From a virus (Duplodnaviria > Caudoviricetes), in the IMG/VR virus record IMGVR_UViG_3300017914_000417, positions 1-62,851 of that record: 62,851 nucleotides of DNA. One strand, given 5' to 3'. Of the stretch, positions 18,351 through 27,337 are shown piece after piece. Positions within the stretch are counted from its first letter, which is position 1; every line of letters starts with the position of its first letter. The notes below the pieces were generated by a model. The model saw only the letters and a program-made list of their open reading frames with translations, searched no databases and had not been told where the DNA came from. The position numbers and the translations under genes were made by a program.

Positions 18351-20218
18351 TAGCGCTGTCCGTCAAGTCTAGTATGTATTCTAGGGATGCCTAACTGCCA
18401 CGTAACTCCTAATTCGGTGGACTCTATCTTGAAGCTCAGCTGCCGCCCTCGCACCCTGATACCTAATTCTTCGGTGAACTCTTCAATCGGCGCAACTGCA
18501 CTGCGTACTACACTGCCGCTACTGTTACCTCCAACTGACGCTGGTGAGTTATACCCTGACCCCGAGTTGTTTGCAGGAGTCAACGTCACCGTCGCCGCAG
18601 GAGTAGAGGCGGTAGATCCGTCAAACGTAACATCTGGCACAAGCTGATATACAAAAGAAAACTTGTCGCCGTCCCCTACATCAAATTGTGCTGTGGTTAT
18701 AGACGCAGGAATAGCAGCGGGGGTAGAGTTTTCAGCGTTATCCACACCCACTTCGTGTTGTACAATTTTATATCCGTACGTAGCGGCTATTGGTTTGTCA
18801 CGCTGACCTGACTCCAGCCACGCACTGCGGTCCAGATTGCCATAGTACCAAATGTTATCCACATAATTATACACAACGTATCTATCGTTGCTGTTAGATC
18901 CTTCAGCGCAATAGAACCACCAGATCTCAGAGAAAGCCTCATTTGATCCTGCAAATACTTGGTCGTACTGGTCGAAGTTAAAGTCATTAAATATGTAGCG
19001 TCGTACATCACAAGGCAGTGGGCGTACTCTACCATCATATACATAGAAGTTGTCATGCCCCATCCAGAACGCTGTGTTGGCTGCGAAAGCCATAGAGTTA
19101 GGAGAAGCTATAGAAATGTTTTCGCCAAGCACCTGTGCGCCCCATACAATAGGTGCGCCTTGATACTGTAGTGAATAGAGTGCGGAGTTAGTCCAGACCA
19201 GAATCTCCTGACGACCCTGCCTAGCAGCAATAATCTCAGAACCACTAGATAGTCTAAGAGACCCAGCTTGGTTGGTAGCCGCAGGTGTCCAGTTTGCTGC
19301 GTCTTCTTGGTCAGACCATCTAATAAGCATGGTATCTTGTGTAGAACTACCTAACGGATTTGCCCCAAAACAAAACACGAAACGGCTAACGTCCGAAACC
19401 AACACTTGGTTTTGGCTAGTTGGTGTATCAGAAGCGCCCGCCAGAGTGCTGAGTTTTACTGCTTTAGTTGTTAACCCACTAGAAGCATCCCAATAAAACG
19501 GCTCGCTACCGCGATACCCAAGTATTAGGTCTTCCCCAAAGTTACTCTGTGACCACAATCGTAATGTGCTAAGAGACGCACCGCCTGTACCCCAGACATC
19601 CTCGCCCCATTCACCGCCGCCCCAACCAGAAAGAGGTACAGCGTAGGTAGTGCCTATAGGTACTTCGTATTTTGCTATTGCTGCGGTGCCGCCATCAGCT
19701 GTGTCAGACGCATCAGCCGCTGTAGCTACTTCAATCTCAAACGTATTAGCATCGGTGACTACAGTAATTTCATGGTTAGTATTTAGCACAGCAGCAGTGA
19801 CATTGCCGCCTAGACTGGTTGCCCCTGAGAAAGTAACGTAATCACCCACAGCAGCGCCGTGTCCATTCTCAGTAACTGTAATAGTTGTGCTTCCATCTGT
19901 AGCAGAAAAGGTGGCATCTCCAGCGGAAGTCTCGTCACGAAATGGGGTAACATCATTATACACCCCACCTTGCTCGATGTAGAACTTCTCGTTAGTTCCT
20001 ACTCCTGTAAACGCCCCACCAGATAGAGAACTCCAAGAAAACAAAGAACGGCATACACCCTCAAACGTATTATCAGAAATACGCTGCCACCCGCCTATCT
20101 TTTCAGGAAACCCCTGCCGAAACCGCACTTTATCGCTCTCGTACCAAGAACCTTCGCTTGCGTACCGAGTTTTTTCTCTGTTAACTCCTGCTTTAAATGC
20201 TAATTTCTGTAGAGGCAT
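18350..20218 (-). CDS. Tail hub/DNA stabilisation protein (P22 gp10-like beta-propeller)
   Basis: 622 aa; DKVRFR.G.PEKIGGW start, IRWSDQED, Trp-rich repeats; precedes ejection genes. Confidence 0.6.
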   Translation of the reverse strand: MPLQKLAFKAGVNREKTRYASEGSWYESDKVRFRQGFPEKIGGWQRISDNTFEGVCRSLFSWSSLSGGAFTGVGTNEKFYIEQGGVYNDVTPFRDETSAGDATFSATDGSTTITVTENGHGAAVGDYVTFSGATSLGGNVTAAVLNTNHEITVVTDANTFEIEVATAADASDTADGGTAAIAKYEVPIGTTYAVPLSGWGGGEWGEDVWGTGGASLSTLRLWSQSNFGEDLILGYRGSEPFYWDASSGLTTKAVKLSTLAGASDTPTSQNQVLVSDVSRFVFCFGANPLGSSTQDTMLIRWSDQEDAANWTPAATNQAGSLRLSSGSEIIAARQGRQEILVWTNSALYSLQYQGAPIVWGAQVLGENISIASPNSMAFAANTAFWMGHDNFYVYDGRVRPLPCDVRRYIFNDFNFDQYDQVFAGSNEAFSEIWWFYCAEGSNSNDRYVVYNYVDNIWYYGNLDRSAWLESGQRDKPIAATYGYKIVQHEVGVDNAENSTPAAIPASITTAQFDVGDGDKFSFVYQLVPDVTFDGSTASTPAATVTLTPANNSGSGYNSPASVGGNSSGSVVRSAVAPIEEFTEELGIRVRGRQLSFKIESTELGVTWQLGIPRIHTRLDGQR

Positions 20219-20230
20219 GGCGTCACCTTA

Positions 20231-20443
20231 TTAGGATGTCTCACCAAAAGCTGGTGGCAAACTCGTTACTGATATAGAAACAGACTCACGTACGGTTAAC
20301 GCTGCTCCACAATCAGAGCATGTATCTGCTGTTAGTTCTGATTCATCTAGGTCGAAGCCGCAAGCATGGCACACCTTCTCAATTACGTGTGTTGGCTCGA
20401 TGCTACCATCGGCTAGAGTGTTTGCTTTTACTTCTTTTCTCAT
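20231..20443 (-). CDS. Small Zn-ribbon protein
   Basis: CHAC...CSDC; ATG overlaps lysozyme stop. Confidence 0.6.
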   Translation of the reverse strand: MRKEVKANTLADGSIEPTHVIEKVCHACGFDLDESELTADTCSDCGAALTVRESVSISVTSLPPAFGETS

Positions 20444-20883
20444 GTTACTTCCCTCATACGCTTGCATAACCGCTTTGCGCGGTTAGGTACCTGATCAAAC
20501 CATTTCGAGTCTTCCATCTGAGCGGCACATTCATTCCAGTCCCGTACTTCAACAGCACCCCGTAACAGTTTGAATTTACTCATCCTTGTATATCCAAGAT
20601 TAAACATCATATTTGCTAGGATTAACTGTGCTTCTTCTGGTATATCGCTAAAGTTGTCGTACATACGGTTACAGTCTTCTACCGTTACAGCAATATCTCT
20701 ACGAAAAAGCATAGCTACACGCTCTTCAGACACAGGAGTTCCTACGGACATGCCGTGTTCCTCGTCGTTTTCGGTGATCAAGTGGCCTATACCCGTTGTC
20801 GGCAGGCCTAGATGATCTAAATAAATCTCGTACTTGCAGCCCTCGTCTTCCGCGAGTTCCAGCCGCAACTGATCTAAGTTCAT
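20440..20883 (-). CDS. Endolysin, T4-lysozyme-like (GH24)
   Basis: EDEG...YLDHLGLPTTGIGHL catalytic E/D/T pattern; NMMFNLG; SKWFDQVPNRA. Confidence 0.9.
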   Translation of the reverse strand: MNLDQLRLELAEDEGCKYEIYLDHLGLPTTGIGHLITENDEEHGMSVGTPVSEERVAMLFRRDIAVTVEDCNRMYDNFSDIPEEAQLILANMMFNLGYTRMSKFKLLRGAVEVRDWNECAAQMEDSKWFDQVPNRAKRLCKRMREVT

Positions 20884-21275
20884 TTTGTTAGCCCTTTGTA
20901 TTTCTCGAAAGTTCTAAGGCTTCCTAGCCCTAACATACCTAATAATACCGTCATTAAGCTGTCCATGTCAAAGCTAGGTAGCTCTGGTATTTCTATACCA
21001 TACCATGCAGCAGCAAAGATAATAATTTCTGTAAGAACAAAGTGATATGCCAGAGCAACACCACAAGTCCAGCCGATAAAAGGCCTCCAACCAGCAACAA
21101 AAATACTTCTATGGCTAGCCTCTTGCTTGTTAACTTCAACTTGCGCCATCGCTGCTTCATGGGCGTGCTTTTCAGCCATTGTAGCAATCTCATGAGCAAG
21201 TTTCGCTTTCTGATCCTTGTCCTCAATAAACTTATCTAATAACCCTGTAACAGGGCCAATCAATGCTTGTATCAT
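20880..21275 (-). CDS. Holin (3-TM, GTA-holin-like)
   Basis: FVAGWRPFIGWTCG, GMLGLGSLRTFEK; adjacent to lysozyme. Confidence 0.8.
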   Translation of the reverse strand: MIQALIGPVTGLLDKFIEDKDQKAKLAHEIATMAEKHAHEAAMAQVEVNKQEASHRSIFVAGWRPFIGWTCGVALAYHFVLTEIIIFAAAWYGIEIPELPSFDMDSLMTVLLGMLGLGSLRTFEKYKGLTK

Positions 21276-21481
21276 TTCCCTTTGGCCTCCCTACCTAGAT
21301 ACAACCCGTATATACCTGTCATAACACCCATTATAACAGAGACAAACGCAGACTGTGCAGTTGTCGGGTCTTCGAGGTTCATAAACCATTCGGCACAACG
21401 CCATGACATCACAACGCTGGCAACCATAGTCAGCTTAGCTGTTATGTTAACTTTTAGCCATTTTTCTAACATATCACTCAT
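21272..21481 (-). CDS. Small 2-TM membrane protein in lysis cluster
   Basis: Two hydrophobic segments, 69 aa. Confidence 0.6.
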   Translation of the reverse strand: MSDMLEKWLKVNITAKLTMVASVVMSWRCAEWFMNLEDPTTAQSAFVSVIMGVMTGIYGLYLGREAKGK

Positions 21482-21482
21482 C

Positions 21483-21941
21483 TTATGCTAACCCCCGAAG
21501 ATACAACGCCCATGCAACTAACATCCACGCACCAAATCCAAGACATATAACCAATACAGATATAGCAGCTATTTCAATATTGCGCTTAATCTTGCGTTTA
21601 CGTTCTTCCTCTTCTGCTATCCGTTGTTTTCGTATCTGCCCTTCTAATCTAACAAATTCATTCCAAGCTTGTGGATTTATACTCAACATGTAGAGACGTA
21701 GTTCTTCTCTTTGCTTTTTGATTTGACGCATAGCCGCCCATGTCTGCAAGGCTTCTTCCTCAACAGATCTGTTGAACAACTTAGTCTTTTGTTTGTTGTG
21801 GGATTTTTCAATGTCATGGCAAGCGCCCATCCACCTCGATACATCTTTATACATCCCCTCGATATCTTTACCGATAGAGATGCCTTTTTTAACAGCTGCG
21901 AAAGCACTCGCCGCTAATGCGATCGTAGCTGGATCTATCAT
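21483..21941 (-). CDS. Membrane-anchored coiled-coil protein
   Basis: MIDPATIAL start, coiled coil, C-terminal TM helix. Confidence 0.65.
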   Translation of the reverse strand: MIDPATIALAASAFAAVKKGISIGKDIEGMYKDVSRWMGACHDIEKSHNKQKTKLFNRSVEEEALQTWAAMRQIKKQREELRLYMLSINPQAWNEFVRLEGQIRKQRIAEEEERKRKIKRNIEIAAISVLVICLGFGAWMLVAWALYLRGLA

Positions 21942-21943
21942 GG

Positions 21944-22090
21944 TTACTTCTTCCTAGTCTGCCATAACCTCACGACAACTAAAACGATAGAGAGGGTCAC
22001 AAGAACCAGCCCTAGCCAGTCATTGAGGGCGGGGAGCCACAGAGGAGAACTGATTCCCCCGATAGCAAGGGCTGCGTCGTTATGATCCAT
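21944..22090 (-). CDS. Small membrane protein (48 aa; absent from ORF track), holin-like
   Basis: Manual translation MDHNDAALAIGGISSPLWLPALNDWLGLVLVTLSIVLVVVRLWQTRKK fills the gap between two genes almost exactly. Confidence 0.7.
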   Translation of the reverse strand: MDHNDAALAIGGISSPLWLPALNDWLGLVLVTLSIVLVVVRLWQTRKK

Positions 22091-22091
22091 A

Positions 22092-23570
22092 CTATGACTC
22101 CAATGCTGCTATGCGTGCCTCTAGTTCATCGTTTTTAGCTGATAGTTCTTGCACTGCCTTCCACAGGATTGGGACCATGTCCCCAGGAGTGAATCTTTGC
22201 ACGTCCATTTTAACGGCGCTTTCTTCTTCACCCTCTTCTTTTTTCCACTTTTCTATCTCGTTAAAGGTAAGTCGGGCGTTTTCATACCCTGATGTTTCGC
22301 TAAGCGCGGCTTCTACGTGTTGAGCAACCCACCCAAATTCTAGACGCTCGTTTTTCTTTTCTCCTGCTTCATACGCAGCTTTATCAAATTCACGAGAGGT
22401 TGGGTCAAAGTATTGCCCGCGATTGTTTTTGTAAAAGGACTTTGGCGTAACTTCGTTTACAAAGTCTAACCCGATGGTTAGATCTTCAATGTCTATCTTG
22501 TCGCGTTCATCAGAAACAGCGGTGATAGATGTATCTTGGCATCGAAGATCTGTAATAGAAGAATTACCTAATACAATTTGGTTAGAAACGGTAGCGTTGG
22601 CATCATGCCCTAAAGCCATACTGTTGTCGCGGAAATCATCAATAAACGCATCAGCACCAATGGCTACGTTATCTTCGCCACCGTCACCTCCAGATTCGCC
22701 TACAGCAGCCTGAAAACCGATTGCTACGCTTCTTTTACCGTCATCCCAGATTCTGACACCATGACCCATACAGACGTTTCCGTTAGCATTGTCACGTATT
22801 TCAATATCCGAGCCAACTGCGGTGTTTTCAGAGCAATCGTCAGTAGAAGAATGAGACCCAGCCAGATATATATCGTGCCCAACAAAAGTAGTTCTAACAC
22901 CTGTACCAGAACCGCTAAGACTAGCAAGCCCCATGTCACTACCAACAAATGTAGATTCGGCGTAATCACCACTGTAGTAAGTACCACTGCCCATTTGGTT
23001 TGACCCACCAACAATGGCAGTTACGCTATCGGAGTTTCCACAAAAATAACCGCCAGTACCAATATGGATGGTGTAGTCCCCAGGATCAGTGGTTTGGCTA
23101 TAGCTGCCTATAACTACACTAGTTAGACCCGCATTTTTTACCCGCCACCCGATAGCAATACCAGAAGTTGCTGTAGCTTCTGCTTGGTACCCTAGAGATA
23201 CAGTTCTAATTGCGCTACTCAGTGTATCGTACCCAAACGCGGTAGACTCATTCGCTGTAGCTTCTGCAAATTGCCCAACAGCGGTAGTCCGCTCGCCTGT
23301 AGCATCCGCGCTGCCCCCTATAGCGGTAGAACGTGTGGCGGTAGCGGTCGCAGCAGCGCCGATAGCCATAGAATTAGTACCTGAGCGGGTAACGTCATCA
23401 GTATCGTCAGTATCTTGCGGTACTCCACTACCGCCACCAGAAAAACCTGTCTGTGTTATACCAGTGAGGTCAATTTCAGTAGCACCTGTAAAATCAATAG
23501 TACCGCCGTTGACGGTAATACCATCCTCTACTTCTAGGCCTTTGTTAACCTTAAAATCTTTTTCCGCCAT
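22092..23570 (-). CDS. Tail fibre with YadA-like head repeats and C-terminal intramolecular chaperone (S74-like)
   Basis: SxAIG/STAFG 14-aa repeats; SDERDK...GWVAQHV...ILWKAVQELS. Confidence 0.85.
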   Translation of the reverse strand: MAEKDFKVNKGLEVEDGITVNGGTIDFTGATEIDLTGITQTGFSGGGSGVPQDTDDTDDVTRSGTNSMAIGAAATATATRSTAIGGSADATGERTTAVGQFAEATANESTAFGYDTLSSAIRTVSLGYQAEATATSGIAIGWRVKNAGLTSVVIGSYSQTTDPGDYTIHIGTGGYFCGNSDSVTAIVGGSNQMGSGTYYSGDYAESTFVGSDMGLASLSGSGTGVRTTFVGHDIYLAGSHSSTDDCSENTAVGSDIEIRDNANGNVCMGHGVRIWDDGKRSVAIGFQAAVGESGGDGGEDNVAIGADAFIDDFRDNSMALGHDANATVSNQIVLGNSSITDLRCQDTSITAVSDERDKIDIEDLTIGLDFVNEVTPKSFYKNNRGQYFDPTSREFDKAAYEAGEKKNERLEFGWVAQHVEAALSETSGYENARLTFNEIEKWKKEEGEEESAVKMDVQRFTPGDMVPILWKAVQELSAKNDELEARIAALES

Positions 23571-23593
23571 AGTTCACTATCCCTTATAGCTGG

Positions 23594-24907
23594 TTATGTA
23601 ATTTCTACCACTTTAAAAGTGTAGCCAGTGGTGTCTGATGATGTAGAAGTAACTTGAATATTCAGATTACCGCCGTTGTTAACAAAATTCATCTGACTAA
23701 AGAGTTCTGTGCCGCTGTGTATGATATTGTAGATGGTAAAGTCTATAGTTGTTCCGTTATATATAACCATCGCTTCAAAAGCATGAACCACACCAGTTTT
23801 GGTAGCTTTTCCTCGCACCTTGTAACAATCGCCATCAGCAAGTGCGCCAAGATTCACGAGGTTAGTCTGGGTTGTTGAGCTTGTTGAAGCATAATATCTA
23901 TTATCTACATATTTTTTAGTCGCTAAATCGTTAATATCAGATGGCGTGTAGCTTGAGTTTCCACAACGAATAGCACCCGTACCGTTAGGGGTAAGGAGAA
24001 TATTACCGTTGGATGTAGAGACAATCGAGTTACCATTAACGTCCAAATTGCCGCCCAACTGCGGAGTCGTGTCTGCGCTAACATCCGCGATGCCACCTGT
24101 TTGGTCAGTCCAAGATAAGTTGCCGCTACCATCAGTCTCTATAACTTGGTTTGCGTCGCCATCAGAATCTGGTAATACCCATATCTGGTTGCTGGATACA
24201 GTAGCTGGAGCTTCAAACCCGATATAATTACTTGTGTCGCCGTCACCAAACCGTAATTCTGCACGCCCGTTCATGGTCATAGCTGTACCTACAGCGGGGC
24301 TTGTCAGCGTTTTGTTGGTAAGAGTTTCGGTACCTGCGAGAGTAGATAGGGTACCTGTGGTAGGCAGCGTTACGTTTGTTGCAGCTGTGGCAGTCAGGGT
24401 GAGGGAAAATGCCCCTGAAGTAGTAAATGCGTCAGCTGTAGTTAACGTGCCGCCTAGAGTAACAGTTTCGCCGCCAAGTTTTGCAGAAGCAATATTTGTT
24501 ACCGCTTGCTCTACGTTGGTACCATCACAGAACAGCAGCATAGTTTCTCCATCTGGGATAGAGATTCCAGTGCCAGCTGAAGTTTTTAATGTAACCGCTT
24601 GAGATCCTGTATTATTTTTGGCTACGTAGATCTTGCTTTGGGCGGGACAAATAACTGAACCTGCACCTGTCAGTGCGCTGCCAGTATCGGTAAACTCAAG
24701 CATAGCCGCTCTACTTTCGGAGGTCGTACCATCCGCTGTAGTTAGCGTGTGCGAGTTTGTTGTCCATGTGTTAATTACTTTGCGCCCTGCGATAGCTTCC
24801 TCTATCATCGAGGTAATGTTATCGTTTACTAGGTCGCCCCAAGTACCACTGTTCTCGCCTTGCGTAGGCAGAGCCAGTTTTAATATGGTTGTATAGTTAG
24901 TCGCCAT
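23594..24907 (-). CDS. Tail fibre protein
   Basis: GTWGDLVN start, TETLTNKTLTSP, DTTPQLGGNLDVNG, DLATKKYVD motifs. Confidence 0.8.
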   Translation of the reverse strand: MATNYTTILKLALPTQGENSGTWGDLVNDNITSMIEEAIAGRKVINTWTTNSHTLTTADGTTSESRAAMLEFTDTGSALTGAGSVICPAQSKIYVAKNNTGSQAVTLKTSAGTGISIPDGETMLLFCDGTNVEQAVTNIASAKLGGETVTLGGTLTTADAFTTSGAFSLTLTATAATNVTLPTTGTLSTLAGTETLTNKTLTSPAVGTAMTMNGRAELRFGDGDTSNYIGFEAPATVSSNQIWVLPDSDGDANQVIETDGSGNLSWTDQTGGIADVSADTTPQLGGNLDVNGNSIVSTSNGNILLTPNGTGAIRCGNSSYTPSDINDLATKKYVDNRYYASTSSTTQTNLVNLGALADGDCYKVRGKATKTGVVHAFEAMVIYNGTTIDFTIYNIIHSGTELFSQMNFVNNGGNLNIQVTSTSSDTTGYTFKVVEIT

Positions 24908-24916
24908 TTTATCCCT

Positions 24917-27331
24917 CTATGCAACATTCTTAAATGTATTTGTATCATCTGGGACGGTTTCAGTCCAGATATCACTTTCATCAGCCGTGCTAACGTCTAC
25001 CCATGATGTAGCTTCAATTGGCACGGTTTCTGTCCAGAAATCAGCATCGAACTCAGTATCCTGGTAGTTTGGATTCTGGACGGGTGTAATTGTTACCCAA
25101 ATATTCGCAAACCCAACACCTAGAGCTAACGCTGGAGGCGCGGTTGGGAAGACAGTGGCTACGCCGTCTACTACTGAGCCTGAGTCTACCACAGATGTAG
25201 CAGCTACGCCAGTAACATCGAATGTGACGCCTAAACGTATTAAGAAGCCATTATCTATGGTACCTGTTGAAGAAACGCCTGTTACACTGAAGTTAGCATC
25301 CGCAGTGACTGTTACAGAGCCTAGCCCGCCCGTTGCTTCCAGTCCTGATTCTGAGATGGTTACATCAATTACAACGCCTTCATCATCCAGCGTAGCGGTA
25401 GCAGAAACTCCAGTTAATGATACAACAGCGGTACCAGTGACAGATTCTTCGCCTAAAGCGCTTGTTCCTGCTACCCCTGTAACTGCTACATCGGCGTTTG
25501 CAGTAGCGATTGTTTGTCCTACCGCAGTGGTAGCCGCTACGGAACCAACATCTACAGACGAAATATTTGCATTGGCTATAATTGTTGGACTGCTTACGCC
25601 GCCTTCCAGAGCGAACTTAAACCCACCCCACTGATCACCGCCCCAACCACCTGAGCCCCAGCTACCAGTAGAAATAAATACGCGAGCGGTCTGCGGAATA
25701 CTTTCTTCGCCCAGACTGGTTGTAGCGGATACGCCAGTAACAGACACGTTTGCTGCCGCTGTAGCAGTTTCTTCGCCAAGCCCGCTTGTGCCAGATATAC
25801 CTGTCACAGAAAGATTTGCGTCGCCAGATATAGTTGGAGTAGCCAGTGCGCTTGTAGCAGCTGTACCTGTAAGTTCTACGCTAGCTGTACCTGTAGAGGT
25901 CTCAGCACCGAGGCTGCTAGTGGCAGATACGCCTGTGACATCTATATCTACCGACGCTGAGGCAATTTCTTCACCAAGACTAGATGTAGCGGATACACCT
26001 GTAGCGTCTACATTACCTATACCTGTCTCTGTGGTATCTCCAATAGAACCTGTAGCGGATACACCCGTAGCGTCTACGACTGCTTTACCAACAGCAGTTT
26101 CTTCGCCAAGTCCAGATGTACCAGAGATACCAGTTACTGATACGTTAGCTACACCTGTCTCTGTGGTGTCACCGATAGAACTTGTAGCGGATACACCTGT
26201 GGCGTCTACAATCGCTACACCTGTAACAGTTTCTTCGCCAAGTCCAGATGTACCAGATACACCCGTAGCGTCTACGACTGCTTTACCAACAGCAGTTACA
26301 GTACCAATACTACCGTTCGCAAGGGGTGTAGGAGTGGTAGGACCAAATATAGCGTTCTGCTGGATCTGTACGGTGGTGCTGCCTACAGCACTGACAAGCT
26401 CTCCGAACGAACCGTAGCTACCCCAAGCATTGTCGCCCCAAGCGTTAGTACCCCAGCTACCGCCACCAACAGGTACTATGTTGTTCAGGTCGCCATCTAC
26501 AGTAGCAACCTCGCCAAAAACCATCCTGTATGATGTAGTTCCGCTACCCCAATACCCCATCCCACTGTGAACTTCACAGTAAGGGTATATATTCATAGTT
26601 CCCTGAAAGTTAAAAGCGATAAACTCAAAACGGCCTAAGGCTTCACTATCGAACCTAGTATACGCCCCCGATGTCCCAGGAGTGCCTACTTGTGTAGTGC
26701 CGAAATGTTTAGTACCTCCTGCATGGGTACCGTTGGACCTATTAGAGAACGCAAGAGGATGTCCAGAGTTACTAGGGTCAGATTGATCAAACTTTAGCTG
26801 CGAGCCTAGTGTGTACCAATTTTGGTAAAACGTACTAAACCCAGATCCCATGTAAGTAGCAGAATTATTATTACCAGCTACGAAAGCAAGTACAGTGGTG
26901 AAGCCTGCGTCTTCATAGAAGCGGAATCTGTTCTGGTTCCCTGTATACGCATTGTTTTCAACACGTACATATATAACTCGGAAGTCTTGATCAGGGTGAT
27001 ATTCGGTTAGGAATACAGCTGCTTGCACACCAGAAACAACAACGCTCTGGTTCTGTCCTATGACAACTGTAGTGCTTCCTACAGAGGCTGTAGCGCTAAC
27101 AGACCCTATATCGGTGTCACTTACCGTAGGAGCAATTATAGACTCATCGCCAAGACTAGATGTAGCGGATACACCTGTGGCGGTAACTGTAGCGTTAGTA
27201 GACTGAGTTACATTACGGGTTTGGGCAGTAGCGGATACCCCTGTAACCTGAACGGTTACAGATTCGGACGCTGCTATTTGGCCTATCGAACCAAACGCGT
27301 CTTCCGAAAACGTTAATACCCCAAGTGCCAT
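24917..27331 (-). CDS. Repetitive fibre/structural protein (~28-aa VTGVSAT repeats) with inserted cupredoxin-like domain
   Basis: Many [VA]TGVS[AG]TSxLGxE units; WG repeats; HPLAFS...YCEVHSGMG. Confidence 0.65.
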   Translation of the reverse strand: MALGVLTFSEDAFGSIGQIAASESVTVQVTGVSATAQTRNVTQSTNATVTATGVSATSSLGDESIIAPTVSDTDIGSVSATASVGSTTVVIGQNQSVVVSGVQAAVFLTEYHPDQDFRVIYVRVENNAYTGNQNRFRFYEDAGFTTVLAFVAGNNNSATYMGSGFSTFYQNWYTLGSQLKFDQSDPSNSGHPLAFSNRSNGTHAGGTKHFGTTQVGTPGTSGAYTRFDSEALGRFEFIAFNFQGTMNIYPYCEVHSGMGYWGSGTTSYRMVFGEVATVDGDLNNIVPVGGGSWGTNAWGDNAWGSYGSFGELVSAVGSTTVQIQQNAIFGPTTPTPLANGSIGTVTAVGKAVVDATGVSGTSGLGEETVTGVAIVDATGVSATSSIGDTTETGVANVSVTGISGTSGLGEETAVGKAVVDATGVSATGSIGDTTETGIGNVDATGVSATSSLGEEIASASVDIDVTGVSATSSLGAETSTGTASVELTGTAATSALATPTISGDANLSVTGISGTSGLGEETATAAANVSVTGVSATTSLGEESIPQTARVFISTGSWGSGGWGGDQWGGFKFALEGGVSSPTIIANANISSVDVGSVAATTAVGQTIATANADVAVTGVAGTSALGEESVTGTAVVSLTGVSATATLDDEGVVIDVTISESGLEATGGLGSVTVTADANFSVTGVSSTGTIDNGFLIRLGVTFDVTGVAATSVVDSGSVVDGVATVFPTAPPALALGVGFANIWVTITPVQNPNYQDTEFDADFWTETVPIEATSWVDVSTADESDIWTETVPDDTNTFKNVA

Positions 27332-27337
27332 ATGTCA

